From Azolla caroliniana (lineage: Eukaryota > Plantae > Polypodiophyta): a DNA stretch of 64,000 nucleotides. This document shows, piece by piece, positions 1 through 10,347 of the stretch. Positions within the stretch are counted from its first letter, which is position 1. Every line of letters starts with the position of its first letter. Location: assembly GCA_043228905.1 (NCBI GenBank), contig JBHGNT010000016.1, positions 8,122,001 to 8,186,000 on the forward strand, written 5' to 3'. A model generated the notes under the pieces. It was not told the DNA's origin and did not search any database. It saw only the letters and a list, made by a program, of their open reading frames with translations. The translations under genes and the position numbers were made by a program.

Positions 1-2195
1 GTTGCAACCAACATTCCCACTTGTAGTTCTTGCAAATTACCTTGCCATCTTGCCTCAACAGTACGTGACTTTCTTGGTCCCACATAAATATCTCTTTGCA
101 GTGGCCGAACTAAATCATGAAGCTCCATATTATTCGATTGTCGGTGATGAGTCTGCGATATCGTTGATGTCATCCCAATGTTCCATGTGAATGGGATACG
201 GATTGGCCATAAACCGGCGATGTAATTATCTAAAATGGTGCGTTGATGGGTGAAGAAAATCTCCCACCATTCAACATCCTCATCACCGGCAAACTTCTTA
301 GTCCGATCAATATTATTTTGTTTCTCTGCTAGACATCTCAACCAATATGCCCTTTGTTCATCAATAGTACTATTTGGTGCTACATTTTTATGATCATCAT
401 ATGGCATTTGTTGTGCACCATGTAGAGGTTCATCTGGGATATGAAGAAGGAGCCTACAACCTTCTTGGGGCTCCCATTGTGCACTAGATGAGTATTGTTT
501 CGCAAACAACACCGTCATCTTCAGGTGGGCCGATCTTTGTTTTATGAGGAAGACATGGTTGAAACTTATATTATTAAGAGGTGCAAGCACCCTACCTTTA
601 GTCCCGTCACTATCCATGCAGAAACGTTTAAAGTCGTATACTTCTTCCAAGTGTTGTACTTCAGGCTTTGGTGTATATGCTTCACTAATCAATTTGGATA
701 GCGTGGGAAGTGTGAAAGCATTACAGCGAGCAAGCTTCTTTGAGAACCTACTGAACATTTGATCTATGTGATCATGGGTATGACCAACCAACAAGAAGTT
801 AACCTTTATCTTTTTAAATATGCCCCTCTCTACTAGCATGCTTAGATAGCCGAAGACAGTTGAGTTCTTATTCTCTCTTGCTGTGTTGTCTAGTTGCAGA
901 TATAGAACTGGTGGGAGTATACCTGACCATGATTGCAATACCCAGTGCATGACAGTGACAGTAAGATTAGGGTCGTTGTGGATATTGGGATAAGTTAAGA
1001 ACACTTGCGGTCTTATAGTTTGACAATATGTCAAACAACCCACTAGATGCATTTGCACGAGACACTCATCTCCAATATCCTTGGGGAGTCTTTGAAAATG
1101 CGGCAAACAAGTTTTCTTTTGATCCATGCCGTCAATAATCATGCACATATACTTTTCGGGAGATTGAAACTCTTTTTGTCGGTGATGCATAGCCTTAGTA
1201 CGTTCCAATGCCTGACTTTCACGATGTTCTTTTAACAAGTTCTTGTAATTCTTGATCTCTACATTTGATTTTCCACCCTTGGCCATACTTTTTAAACTCG
1301 CACATATTGAGCAGACTCCCATTCGCACCTTTCGTGGGATAACCACGTTATTAAATTGTAACCTCCATAGTCGATTAAAATGCCTGTACTGTATGTAAGG
1401 CTCAACATCGGAAGACATGTCGTCCTTGTACGATTGGTAAACTTCCCTTCGAGTAAAGTTATCTGACAAATGAAGTCTTCCTGTCGTTGGCATAACTTCG
1501 CACTGTTTTGAAAAATATACCTCCATCCACCTAATTGCCTGTTGCCCAATTTGACCCTTACATCCAGAACCATTTTGATCGAACTGTACCCAGGAGCCCT
1601 TCAGAAGTCGCTCTTGAACTCGTTGCAGCCGCATATTTCCAATGCTATGAGTGATTTTAAAAGCTGCTCGACAACACTTGGTATTTAGTCCAAGGAAATA
1701 TTCAACTTGCGTTGAATTAGGCCCTGCTTTGTGATCCAATTTAAGTTGCATATGCGAAAGAAGAAATGTATCTTGCTCTTCCCCATTAAGAGACAAGTAT
1801 TTTTGTTGTGTTTCACGTAACCTTGACTTTCCATAAGTTGATAGACAGAGATTTGCACAACACGATTTGTTCAAGTCGCATAGAAGTTGACGATCAGAAC
1901 ATAAGAAATTAAATCTCTTTTCACTAACTTGTCGAGGAACTCTTTTAAATGCTAGAGGTTTAGTAATGCTATTGTTATCTATCGACGAAGAATCGTCCGC
2001 TTGTAAGCTTGCATGAAGAGGGCCATCAACAGGATCAATTGAAAACAGAGAATTCGAAGTACTAGGAGCCACACTTTTCTGTTTAAGCTGCAAATGTTTT
2101 TTGTGGTCGTACTCTTCTATTGAGAAATACGAGTTGTCTGACAATGAAAAGGGGGCAATAGAAAAAAGAGATGTTCTACTTGTAGAAGAAGACAT
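1..2195 (-). CDS. Putative DDD-type DNA transposase (Sola-like / DUF7869-type), intronless, 3' end outside window
   Basis: Manual translation from ATG at 2195 is open to position 1 (at least 731 codons): MSSSTSRTSLF...CCANLCL...CCRAAFKITHSIG...WMEVYFSKQCEVMP...VCSICASL...HRESQALER...YMCMIIDGMDQKKTCLPHF...LYLQLDNTARENKNSTVFGYLSMLVERGIFKKIKVNFLLVGHTHDHIDQMFSRFS. Three acidic motifs (IDGMDQ, LDN..ENKN, GHTHDHID) and Cys/His clusters match RNase H-fold transposase-like proteins recalled from the DUF7869/Sola group. Confidence 0.8.
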   Translation of the reverse strand, partial: MSSSTSRTSLFSIAPFSLSDNSYFSIEEYDHKKHLQLKQKSVAPSTSNSLFSIDPVDGPLHASLQADDSSSIDNNSITKPLAFKRVPRQVSEKRFNFLCSDRQLLCDLNKSCCANLCLSTYGKSRLRETQQKYLSLNGEEQDTFLLSHMQLKLDHKAGPNSTQVEYFLGLNTKCCRAAFKITHSIGNMRLQRVQERLLKGSWVQFDQNGSGCKGQIGQQAIRWMEVYFSKQCEVMPTTGRLHLSDNFTRREVYQSYKDDMSSDVEPYIQYRHFNRLWRLQFNNVVIPRKVRMGVCSICASLKSMAKGGKSNVEIKNYKNLLKEHRESQALERTKAMHHRQKEFQSPEKYMCMIIDGMDQKKTCLPHFQRLPKDIGDECLVQMHLVGCLTYCQTIRPQVFLTYPNIHNDPNLTVTVMHWVLQSWSGILPPVLYLQLDNTARENKNSTVFGYLSMLVERGIFKKIKVNFLLVGHTHDHIDQMFSRFSKKLARCNAFTLPTLSKLISEAYTPKPEVQHLEEVYDFKRFCMDSDGTKGRVLAPLNNISFNHVFLIKQRSAHLKMTVLFAKQYSSSAQWEPQEGCRLLLHIPDEPLHGAQQMPYDDHKNVAPNSTIDEQRAYWLRCLAEKQNNIDRTKKFAGDEDVEWWEIFFTHQRTILDNYIAGLWPIRIPFTWNIGMTSTISQTHHRQSNNMELHDLVRPLQRDIYVGPRKSRTVEARWQGNLQELQVGMLVA

Positions 2196-2240
2196 TTGAG
2201 GGAGTCTAACTGTATTCTAAAACCTTCTTTTGAGAAAATT

Positions 2241-2375
2241 AAGGAATGCTAAAGCCTAACTATATAACTACCCGAACACTTAGATTAACTATATTATTTT
2301 TCGAAATTTTCCTAAAAAACAAATAATTAAAAATTATTTTTTATTTTAAAAGGAATGCTAAAGTCTTCTATATAA
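2241..2375. promoter_or_regulatory. Duplicated motif AAGGAATGCTAAAG-N6-TATATAA in the bidirectional intergenic region
   Basis: Copies start at 2241 and 2350, each followed by TATATAA, between two divergent ORFs. Confidence 0.35.
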
Positions 2376-2630
2376 GGAGGTTAGAAATTTCATTTTCATT
2401 ATCAAGTGAAAGAATCCATCGAGCTCAGAGCACATGCCAATTTTCGAGCACTCAGAAGCACATCGTCGACAGCACTACCTCCGGCACGAACCATGAACAA
2501 GGGAAAGAAAATCGTCAGGTTAGTAATATTCTTTACATTTTTTAAGATTCCTAAAGATTCCTTAAAGATTCCTTTCCTCAACACATAGAAATTTTATTTT
2601 ATTTTGTACAACGAACTTGGAAAGCAATTA

Positions 2631-2699
2631 TGAAAGGCAGGACCTTCAACCAAAATCCGATGCAGTGCATCGGATTTTGGTTGAAGGTCCCGCCTTTCA
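2631..2699. repeat. Near-perfect palindrome (34-bp arms, 1-nt spacer, 1 mismatch)
   Basis: tgaaaggcaggaccttcaaccaaaatccgatgca-g-tgcatcggattttggttgaaggtcccgcctttca. Confidence 0.95.
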
Positions 2700-5280
2700 A
2701 CCAACGTTGTTTCTATGTTTTCACCAATGTTTTTAATTTCAGTGAATCCAGACAAAAAGTTCCTTCATTTAGATTGAAGATTCGATCTCCGACAAAACGA
2801 GAATCTGGCTCCTTCATCAAGGACACGAGTAAAAAGATTTTATTTGACTCAACGGGGGAAGGAGGATCCAAGTCATTTGTGGCTACTACCAAAATCAACA
2901 AAGGTAGTACGCAAGAGGAGAAAATGGTTGAGGTGAAATATAAGGATTACCCCGAACTTGAATGGTGTCTCTCTTATGTCGAGGAGGATGGGGTGCTATT
3001 ATTGATAACGGCAAAATCGGACGGGGAAGGGAAACTTCAGCTTGGAAAAACATTTAATTACGGGCATGTAACCAAGCTAGAGTACGAAGACATTGACTCT
3101 ACAAGTATTTTAATCGATGTCTCGAGCTCAGTTGGCAACAGGCGATTGCGACTTGATGAGGGAAACCTAGTACTCGAATCTTGCAATCCCAAGGCTTTGC
3201 GTAAAGACATGCAAACGAAAAATAACTTGTTGGTAGCTCTTCGGCCGTACGTGACAGGAGAGATGATGACCGGTGAAGCAGAAACTCCACCGAAAAAGTC
3301 TAGGAAGACAAATCCTGTTCAAAAGAAATATACTAAACGACCACGACCCGAAGAAGAAGAAGAAGAAATATTAGAGTTCGTGGAAGAAGAAGAAGACCAA
3401 CAAGTCGACGTCGTGGCTCCAGGCGGACAACTATCTTCTGGTGTCCTGACGTTAGAACAAAATAAAATAAGAGAAAATATTGTGAAGACTAAACTTGTGC
3501 GCAGGGGCTAGCTATTTCATTTGCCCATTACTTCTATCCAAAGGCCCCCCATTGACCCCGTGACTGGAAGACGTCCCTTGGAAATTAGGGAGCCGCACTC
3601 CGTCCATGTGCAAAACCTAAAAAGCAAAATGAAAATAAATCCTCACGCTACTGTGGTGCCATTTTTGGTAATGGTTGATCAAGAACAATGCCCAACAGTA
3701 GCAGATTTCAAGTATAGCTCTGCAGATGATTACACATACTATGTAATTGGAGGATCACATTCGGCCGAAGCTCGACGACAGCTTGTCAAAGAATATCCTC
3801 TCATGCCGTTCTTCAAGTACGCCGAATGTAAGGTATATGCAGGACTAACTCACGAGGAGGCAAAGCTGCTCGCATGGGACCATAACAATGACAACGATTA
3901 TAGGCAAAAGATGTCATGTATAGAGAGGATAAGATTTTTTCATCATGAATACCTGGATGCCTTGAATCGTTTTGGTCCAAGATTGTGGCCTGGATTGCGA
4001 CGCCAGTGTTTATTGGAAGTAGGGATTGCAATGGATGAGAGTACCAAATCCGAAGGTCTCCGGAAATATGATTCTTGGTTTCAACTAGCTTTTCGGACCG
4101 GAGAGGTGTGGGATCTCCAAGACAAAATATTCTCTATGTGGGAGCGGAAAGAAGTCAAGGGGCAAAGATCAAAAAAGGGAAGAATTGATCCACAAGTTGA
4201 GATGAAATCAAAGACCAAGGGAAAAAGCGACTTGGTAATCGAGGAGTTAGCAGAGGACATGAAACTTTTACCTTGGAGATCATTACAAGGTATCAAAGAT
4301 GATAGATTGTTAATATCCGTGCTATCTCGAGTGGTCGCCAAGGAATTTAGTTTGGACGAGATGGTAACAGACTTGCAAAAGTAAGTGTTTATAGTATACC
4401 TTTTCATGAAAGTCTTCAATTATTTTGAATATCTTATTTCTAATTTCATATTGATTGTGCAGTCACAAGGTATACATGAAGATTCAGGAGTTGATGATGC
4501 AAAAATTGAGTTTACCGACATGGGAAGAAGTTGAACAAGCCTGCCCGATAACTTCTTCCTACAAGGCATTGGAGGAATATTTTATTGTATTTAGAGAATG
4601 GGTATGTGTCTTTTGAATGTTGATATGTTAGAAACTAATGTTCCCTGCTAACAACAATGACAGTTGCAGAAAACATCAAAATCGAAAAAGAACGACAATA
4701 ATGACGGTATTCCAGCGGCCTTCATCACGCACTTAGAACGTGTGAAATATGAGAAGAGAATGACCAAAGGGAAGGAAATGGAACTGCCAGAGGATTCAGA
4801 GACTGTAAAGAGTTTTTTGCATAGGTCTGATCCTTTCAAACAGCTTCATTATAGTGTTTTCAATGGCGAAGTATCCCAAATGCTCGAACTGTTACCGAGA
4901 AGGCACTACACTTTGCTGATAGCTGACATACCATATGGTTTCCGTATTGCGGGATCAACATATGATGATGTGCCTTTCAAGTACCCTCAGATCGAGAAAA
5001 TGGTAAAGGATTTCGCAGAACTGACATTGGCCCCCTTGTGGAGGATAGTCATATTTCATAGCATGGGGCAATCACTGTCCGTCACAACAGCTTTGAAGTC
5101 CCGTTGTCATGCCACTGAACACATGCATTGGTGCGTTATAGTTCGCTTTTACTCATTACAGTACTTCTTATTATATGTACACATTTACACCTCTAATACT
5201 TGATTTTCTTTCTCTATAGGATCAAAACAAATATTACACGTAGCCCTGGCGATCGAATGGTTAGTGCGGTCGAACATTTT

Positions 5281-5390
5281 TGTTGAGGGGCAAGCTCAAC
5301 CGGAGCCGGATTGGCTGAATAAGCGAGACGGATCGGGCGAAACGGATCGGTATGACGGTGAGTCTTGATATAATTTTGAAATTACTTTCT

Positions 5391-5430
<40 letters not shown>

Positions 5431-8400
5431 GTTCTCTGGTTTACGCTTCCGCAAACACTCACGTTTTCATGGTATCAGAGCGCGAGGGTTGAGAACCTCT
5501 GCTGCAGACATTTAACTCTTGAGAAGAAAACCCTAACAAGTCGAAAACAGACACAGTAGAAGACATGGATAGAGGAATGGCTACGTCGCTCCCGGTGGAG
5601 AAGCTCGACAGGAGCAACTATGCATCCTGGTCTTACAAGATGCACCAGTACCTGCTTGGACACGGGTACTGGAGTTATGTCGAAGGAGCGAATGATGCGG
5701 CACCTGACTCGGCACACAAGGACTTCCCGGTATGGGAACAGGCGGCAAGTAGGGTGATGTACTGCTTCGCGTCCAGTGTCGGCGATCAGCTGCTCAGCCA
5801 CATCCGTGACGCCAAGACACCGAAGGATGCTTGGGGGAACCTGAAAAAGGTTTTCGCCGCAAGCACCACTGCCCGGAAGCTACAACTCAGACAGGAGTTG
5901 AGCAATGTTCGACAGAAGAACATGTCTGTGGTAGACTACACGGGCAGGATAAAGGAGATCTGTGACTTGCTCGCCTCTATCAATGTTACCGTAGAGGAAG
6001 ACGAGATGGTGCAGGTATGACTCGGAGGCCTGGCGTCCAAGTTCGGAGCGTTCGGGACTGCGGTGTGTACAAGGGAGAATACCCCCTCATTCTTCGACTT
6101 ACAATCGATGCTCCTTGTAGAGGAGAACCACACCGGTGCATCTACCAGTGCATCCCCGGACAACCGGATGCTGTACACGGGAACAGATCGGCACTGTGGG
6201 CGTGGTGGAAGAGGTGGGTCGGCACGCAATGGAGGCGACCGGCAAGAGCAGGAACGGAGGCACTATGAGTGTGCCGACAACAGTTCCGGGGCTTCCACAA
6301 GCAGGGGGAGTCAAGGCGGTGCCGGAGGCCGGCAAGACAAATCCGCTACGGAATGCTGGTACTGTGGCAAAAAAGGCCACAGGGAAAGCGAGTGTTGGAG
6401 AAAGCGTGCCGATTCGGACAAATCCGGATACGGCAAGACCGGTAAGGATGGCCGGCAAAACTCGCACTACGCAAACGGATCAGGAGGATCCGGAACCAGA
6501 AAGGCCGGTAAGGGGCCAGCCTTGGTGATGAATCACAAGGCAAACTCAATGAAGAAGACCACTTCCAAAACGGAGGAAGTGTGGTATGTTGATTCCGGCG
6601 CGTTGAACCACATGACGAGCCACAAAGAGTGGTTCTCCTTTCTGGAGAAACCGGATCAACCAGGAGTAGTCGAAACCGGAGACGACACTCCACACCCAAT
6701 CGAGCACGTCGGAGAAGTCCCTCTAAGCCACGTCGGACAGAAAGGGAAGCTGATGAACGTATTACACGTTCCGACGATCACGAAGAACCTGGTGTCCGTC
6801 GGTCAGATTGTCGACCAAGGGATGTAGGTGCGGTTTACGCACCTCGGGTGCTTCATTGAAGATGAGGGCGAAGTCATTGCGCAAGGGCGCAGAGACGGGA
6901 GGATGTTTATCCTCAACACCAATGACATTGGCACCGCTCTATTCGCGAAACGACAGAAGGTCGAGTCGGACATCGACCTATGGCACAAGCGGATAGGCCA
7001 CGTCAACTACCGGAGGCTTCAAGACCTGCAAACGAAACAAGTCGTTTTCGGTTTGCCAAAGTTCAGCGGCCGGAGAGCTGAAATTTGTGAAGCCTGCCAA
7101 CTTGGGAAGCAACACCGTCTTCCATTCCCCACCGAACGGAACCGGAGCCGTAACAAGCTCGATCTCATCCATTCGGATGTGTGGGGACCGGCACAAAGTG
7201 TAAGCCTTGGTGGGAGCCGGTACTTCGTCTCCTTCATCGATGAGTATACTCGACATACTTGGATCTACCTCATTGAGCGGAAGAGCGAAGTATTCGATTG
7301 TTTCCGGAGCCTCCAGAAGATGGTGGAACGGGAATCGGAGAGGAAGATCAAATGCCTTCGGTCGGATGGCGGAAAGGAATATTTTTCCGGCCAATTCACT
7401 AGTTATCTGCAGTAGAAGGGAATTCGGCGAGAGTTCAGCTGCAGATACACACCGGAGCAAAACGGTGTGGCCGAAAGGAAAAACCGGACACTCGTCAAGG
7501 CGGCAAGGACAATGCTGGAGGAGAAGAGCATGCCCCGGTTCTACTGGGCGGAGGCGGTCCAGACGGCCGTCTACATACAAAACCGCATTGGTGACAAGGT
7601 GTCAGCTCATGAGCTGTATTTCGGGCGCAAGCTGAACTTAAGACACCTTCGGATATTCGGCAGCCTAGCGTATGTGCATGTGCCGGATCAGAAGCGGAGG
7701 ACGTTGGATGCAAAATCGGAAAAATGCATCCTAGTCGGCTATGCTCAAGAGCAAAAGGGGTATAAGTGCTATAACCCCCGGACGAAGGAAGCCCGAGTTA
7801 GCCGTGATGTCGAGTTCGATGAATTGGCATCTTGGTACTCCGTACCGACTCTGACTTCCGATCTCGACCGAATGCCGGAAGATCAGGCCAGTGAGCCTGA
7901 ATCAGCCTTGGAAGAGGATGATGAAGTCGGGACTCAAGATGAGAGTCCGGAATCGTTGCGGCTGAGTGGACCGAACGAGCGACTGAGTCGGTTGGACCAG
8001 TCAGATGAAGAGACGGCAAGTGGTGGAGACTCTGCTGTGCTGTCCCCGCGCAAGGAACCGAGGAAACGGTTCACGCGCAAAGAGAAGGGGAAGAGGAAGA
8101 TGCTGGAATTCGAAACTGACAACGATGAGTCGGATCGGTGCGTATCCGATTCCAGAAAGGAGAAAGGCAGATCTTCGGGAACGAAGACCGAACTGGCCAA
8201 GAAGGGCCTCAAATCAGGTGACGGTGCGGTGCGCCGGTCAACCCGTCAGAAGGATCCCATCGTGCGGTATGGGTACAATGAATACATGGCGCGAGCCGGA
8301 GAGCTACGCAGAAGCAACAAAGGACGAAATTGGCGTGCCGCTATGGACGAAGAAATGCGGGCACTCGATGCCAACAAAACTTGGGACCTAGTTCTAGTTG

Positions 8401-10347
8401 ATCCTCCCCGTCACTGTTTACCGATCGGATGCAAGTGGGTTTACAAGGTCAAGTACAACGCCGACGGTTCTGTTAACCGGTACAAAGCCCGGTTAGTGGC
8501 GAAGGGATACGCGCAGACCCACGGAATCGACTACGACGAGACCTTCGCTCCTGTGGCGAAGATGACGACGGTTCGTGTGGTACTGGCTGCTGCGGCAAGG
8601 GGGTGGCATCTTCATCAGATGGATGTGAAGAACGCCTTCCTTCAAGGAGAGCTTGAAGAAGAAGTCTTTATGACTCAGCCCCCCGGATTTCAATCGGAGA
8701 TGAACAAATCAGCGGTATGCCGACTGAAGAAGTCGCTTTACGGCTTGAAGCAAGCCCCCCGAGCTTGGAACGCGAAGATCACGCACCGGTTGCGTAAGCT
8801 GGGGTTTGCTGTCTCTAAGTCGGACTCTTCGCTGTTCATCCGGCAAGGCTCTGACGGTCCGGTATGTATACTCTTGTATGTGGATGATTTAGTCATCACT
8901 GGACCAAGTCTTCCCGAAATCAACCGCGTCAAGTCCCAGTTGTCGGACGCATTCGAAATGAAGGACCTGGCGGACCATCATTATTTTCTTGGGATCGAAG
9001 TGATCCGGACCCCTGACGACATATTGCTCTCACAACGACATTACGTGTTGAATATGCTGTATAAGTTCGGCATGACGGATTGCCGACCTGTCTCCACACC
9101 CCTGGACCGGAACCAGAAGCTCCGTCCCAACTCTGGACCGGCCTGCAATGAGAAATGGTTCGGACAGGTTGTCGGAAGCCTGATCTACTTAACCATCACC
9201 CGACCCGACATCAGCTATCCAGTCGGCATGGTAAGTTAGTTCATGCAGAAGCCAACCGTGGAGCACCTTGAATGCGTGCAACGAATATTACGGTATGTCA
9301 GCGGCACTAAAGACCGGGGTCTGCTATACCGGCGAGGTATACTCGAAGAGCTTGTCGGTTACACAAATGCTGACTGGGCCGGCGATGCGTCTGATCGCCG
9401 CTCCACTTCCGGATACATGTTCTCCATAGGTAGCGCGACCGTTGCGTGGAGCAGCAAGAAGCAACCCACAGTGGCTTTGTCAAGCACTGAGGCTGAGTAC
9501 CGGGCCGCTACCGTTGCCACTTGTGAAGCCATCTCGCTTCGGTGACTGCTGCAAGACTTGCGGATCGAGGTGCTGACCTCGATCCCGATTTATTGCGATA
9601 ACATGAGCAGCCTGCAGCTTGCCAGGAACCCTGTGTTCCATGCTCGCACAAAGCACATCGAGGTGCACTACCACTTCGTGCGTGAGCGGGTCCTGAGCGG
9701 TGAAGTTGACCTATGGTATGTTCATACGGATCGGCAAGTTGCCGACATCTTCACCAAGCCGCTCGGATAGGACAAGTTGCAGCACTTTACCGAGATGCTT
9801 GGTGTTCAGCATCTCGACGTGCCGCACTTGAGGGGGAGAAGCAGTGGCTGTGAAGAAGAGTTGTGCACTTAGGAAGAGAAGTGCATGCTGTGCGGAGGGC
9901 ATCACGACGGTACTGACCATGATGCGAAGGCGAATGAAGAATTCGATATCGGTTCACCGGCTGAAGAAGCCGAGGGAAGCATGGAGAAGGCCAAGACACA
10001 GAAGTGGTCCGATGTGGTGAGAGGTCTGAAGCCGGAAGTCGAATCGGAGTGTACCGATTCGGACAAGAAGGAGTGACGCTAGGAGGAGTCGGTTGAAAGA
10101 ACCGACTGCCACAGAGGTCGACACTACGACCCCACCTCAGGTTGAGCTTGAGGGGGAGTGTTGAGGGGCAAGCTCAACCGGAGCCGGATCGGCTGAATAA
10201 GCCGGAGCCGGTAAGCGAGACGGATCGGGCGAAACGGATTGGTATGACGGTGAGTCTTGATATAATTTTGAAATTATGTTCTGCTGTGTGTGTGTGTGTG
10301 TGTGTGTTGTTCTCTGGTTTACGCTTCCGCAAACACTCACGTTTTCA
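5281..10347 (+). mobile_element. Full-length Ty1/Copia LTR retrotransposon inserted in exon 4 of the MTase gene
   Basis: LTRs 5281-5469 and 10159-10347 (TG..CA). TSD ATTTT at 5276-5280 and 10348-10352. PBS TGGTATCAGAGC (tRNA-iMet) at 5470; PPT GAGGGGGAG before 10159. Confidence 0.97.
5565..9770 (+). pseudogene. Copia gag-pol (Gag, CCHC, PR, IN, RT, RNase H) with in-frame stops
   Basis: CWYCGKKGHRESEC, WYVDSGA, LIHSDVWGP, YKARLVAKG, LLYVDDL, KHIEVHYHFVRE. Stops end at 6020, 6827, 7415, 9239, 9545 and 9770. Confidence 0.95.

Noticed and set aside
2630-2923. First 98 codons of ORF 2630..3511 as true protein
   Set aside because: They overlap the palindrome and look UTR-like. ATG 2924 (aaaATGG context) is the more plausible start, though unproven.
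6825-7415. Programmed stop-codon readthrough in Copia pol
   Set aside because: The sister copy has CAG/CAA at these positions, so these are decay mutations.
9829-10076. Extra ORF or env-like gene after RNase H, with a second PPT-like tract
   Set aside because: Only about 63 aa, no transmembrane segment; likely the polyprotein tail or 3' UTR.
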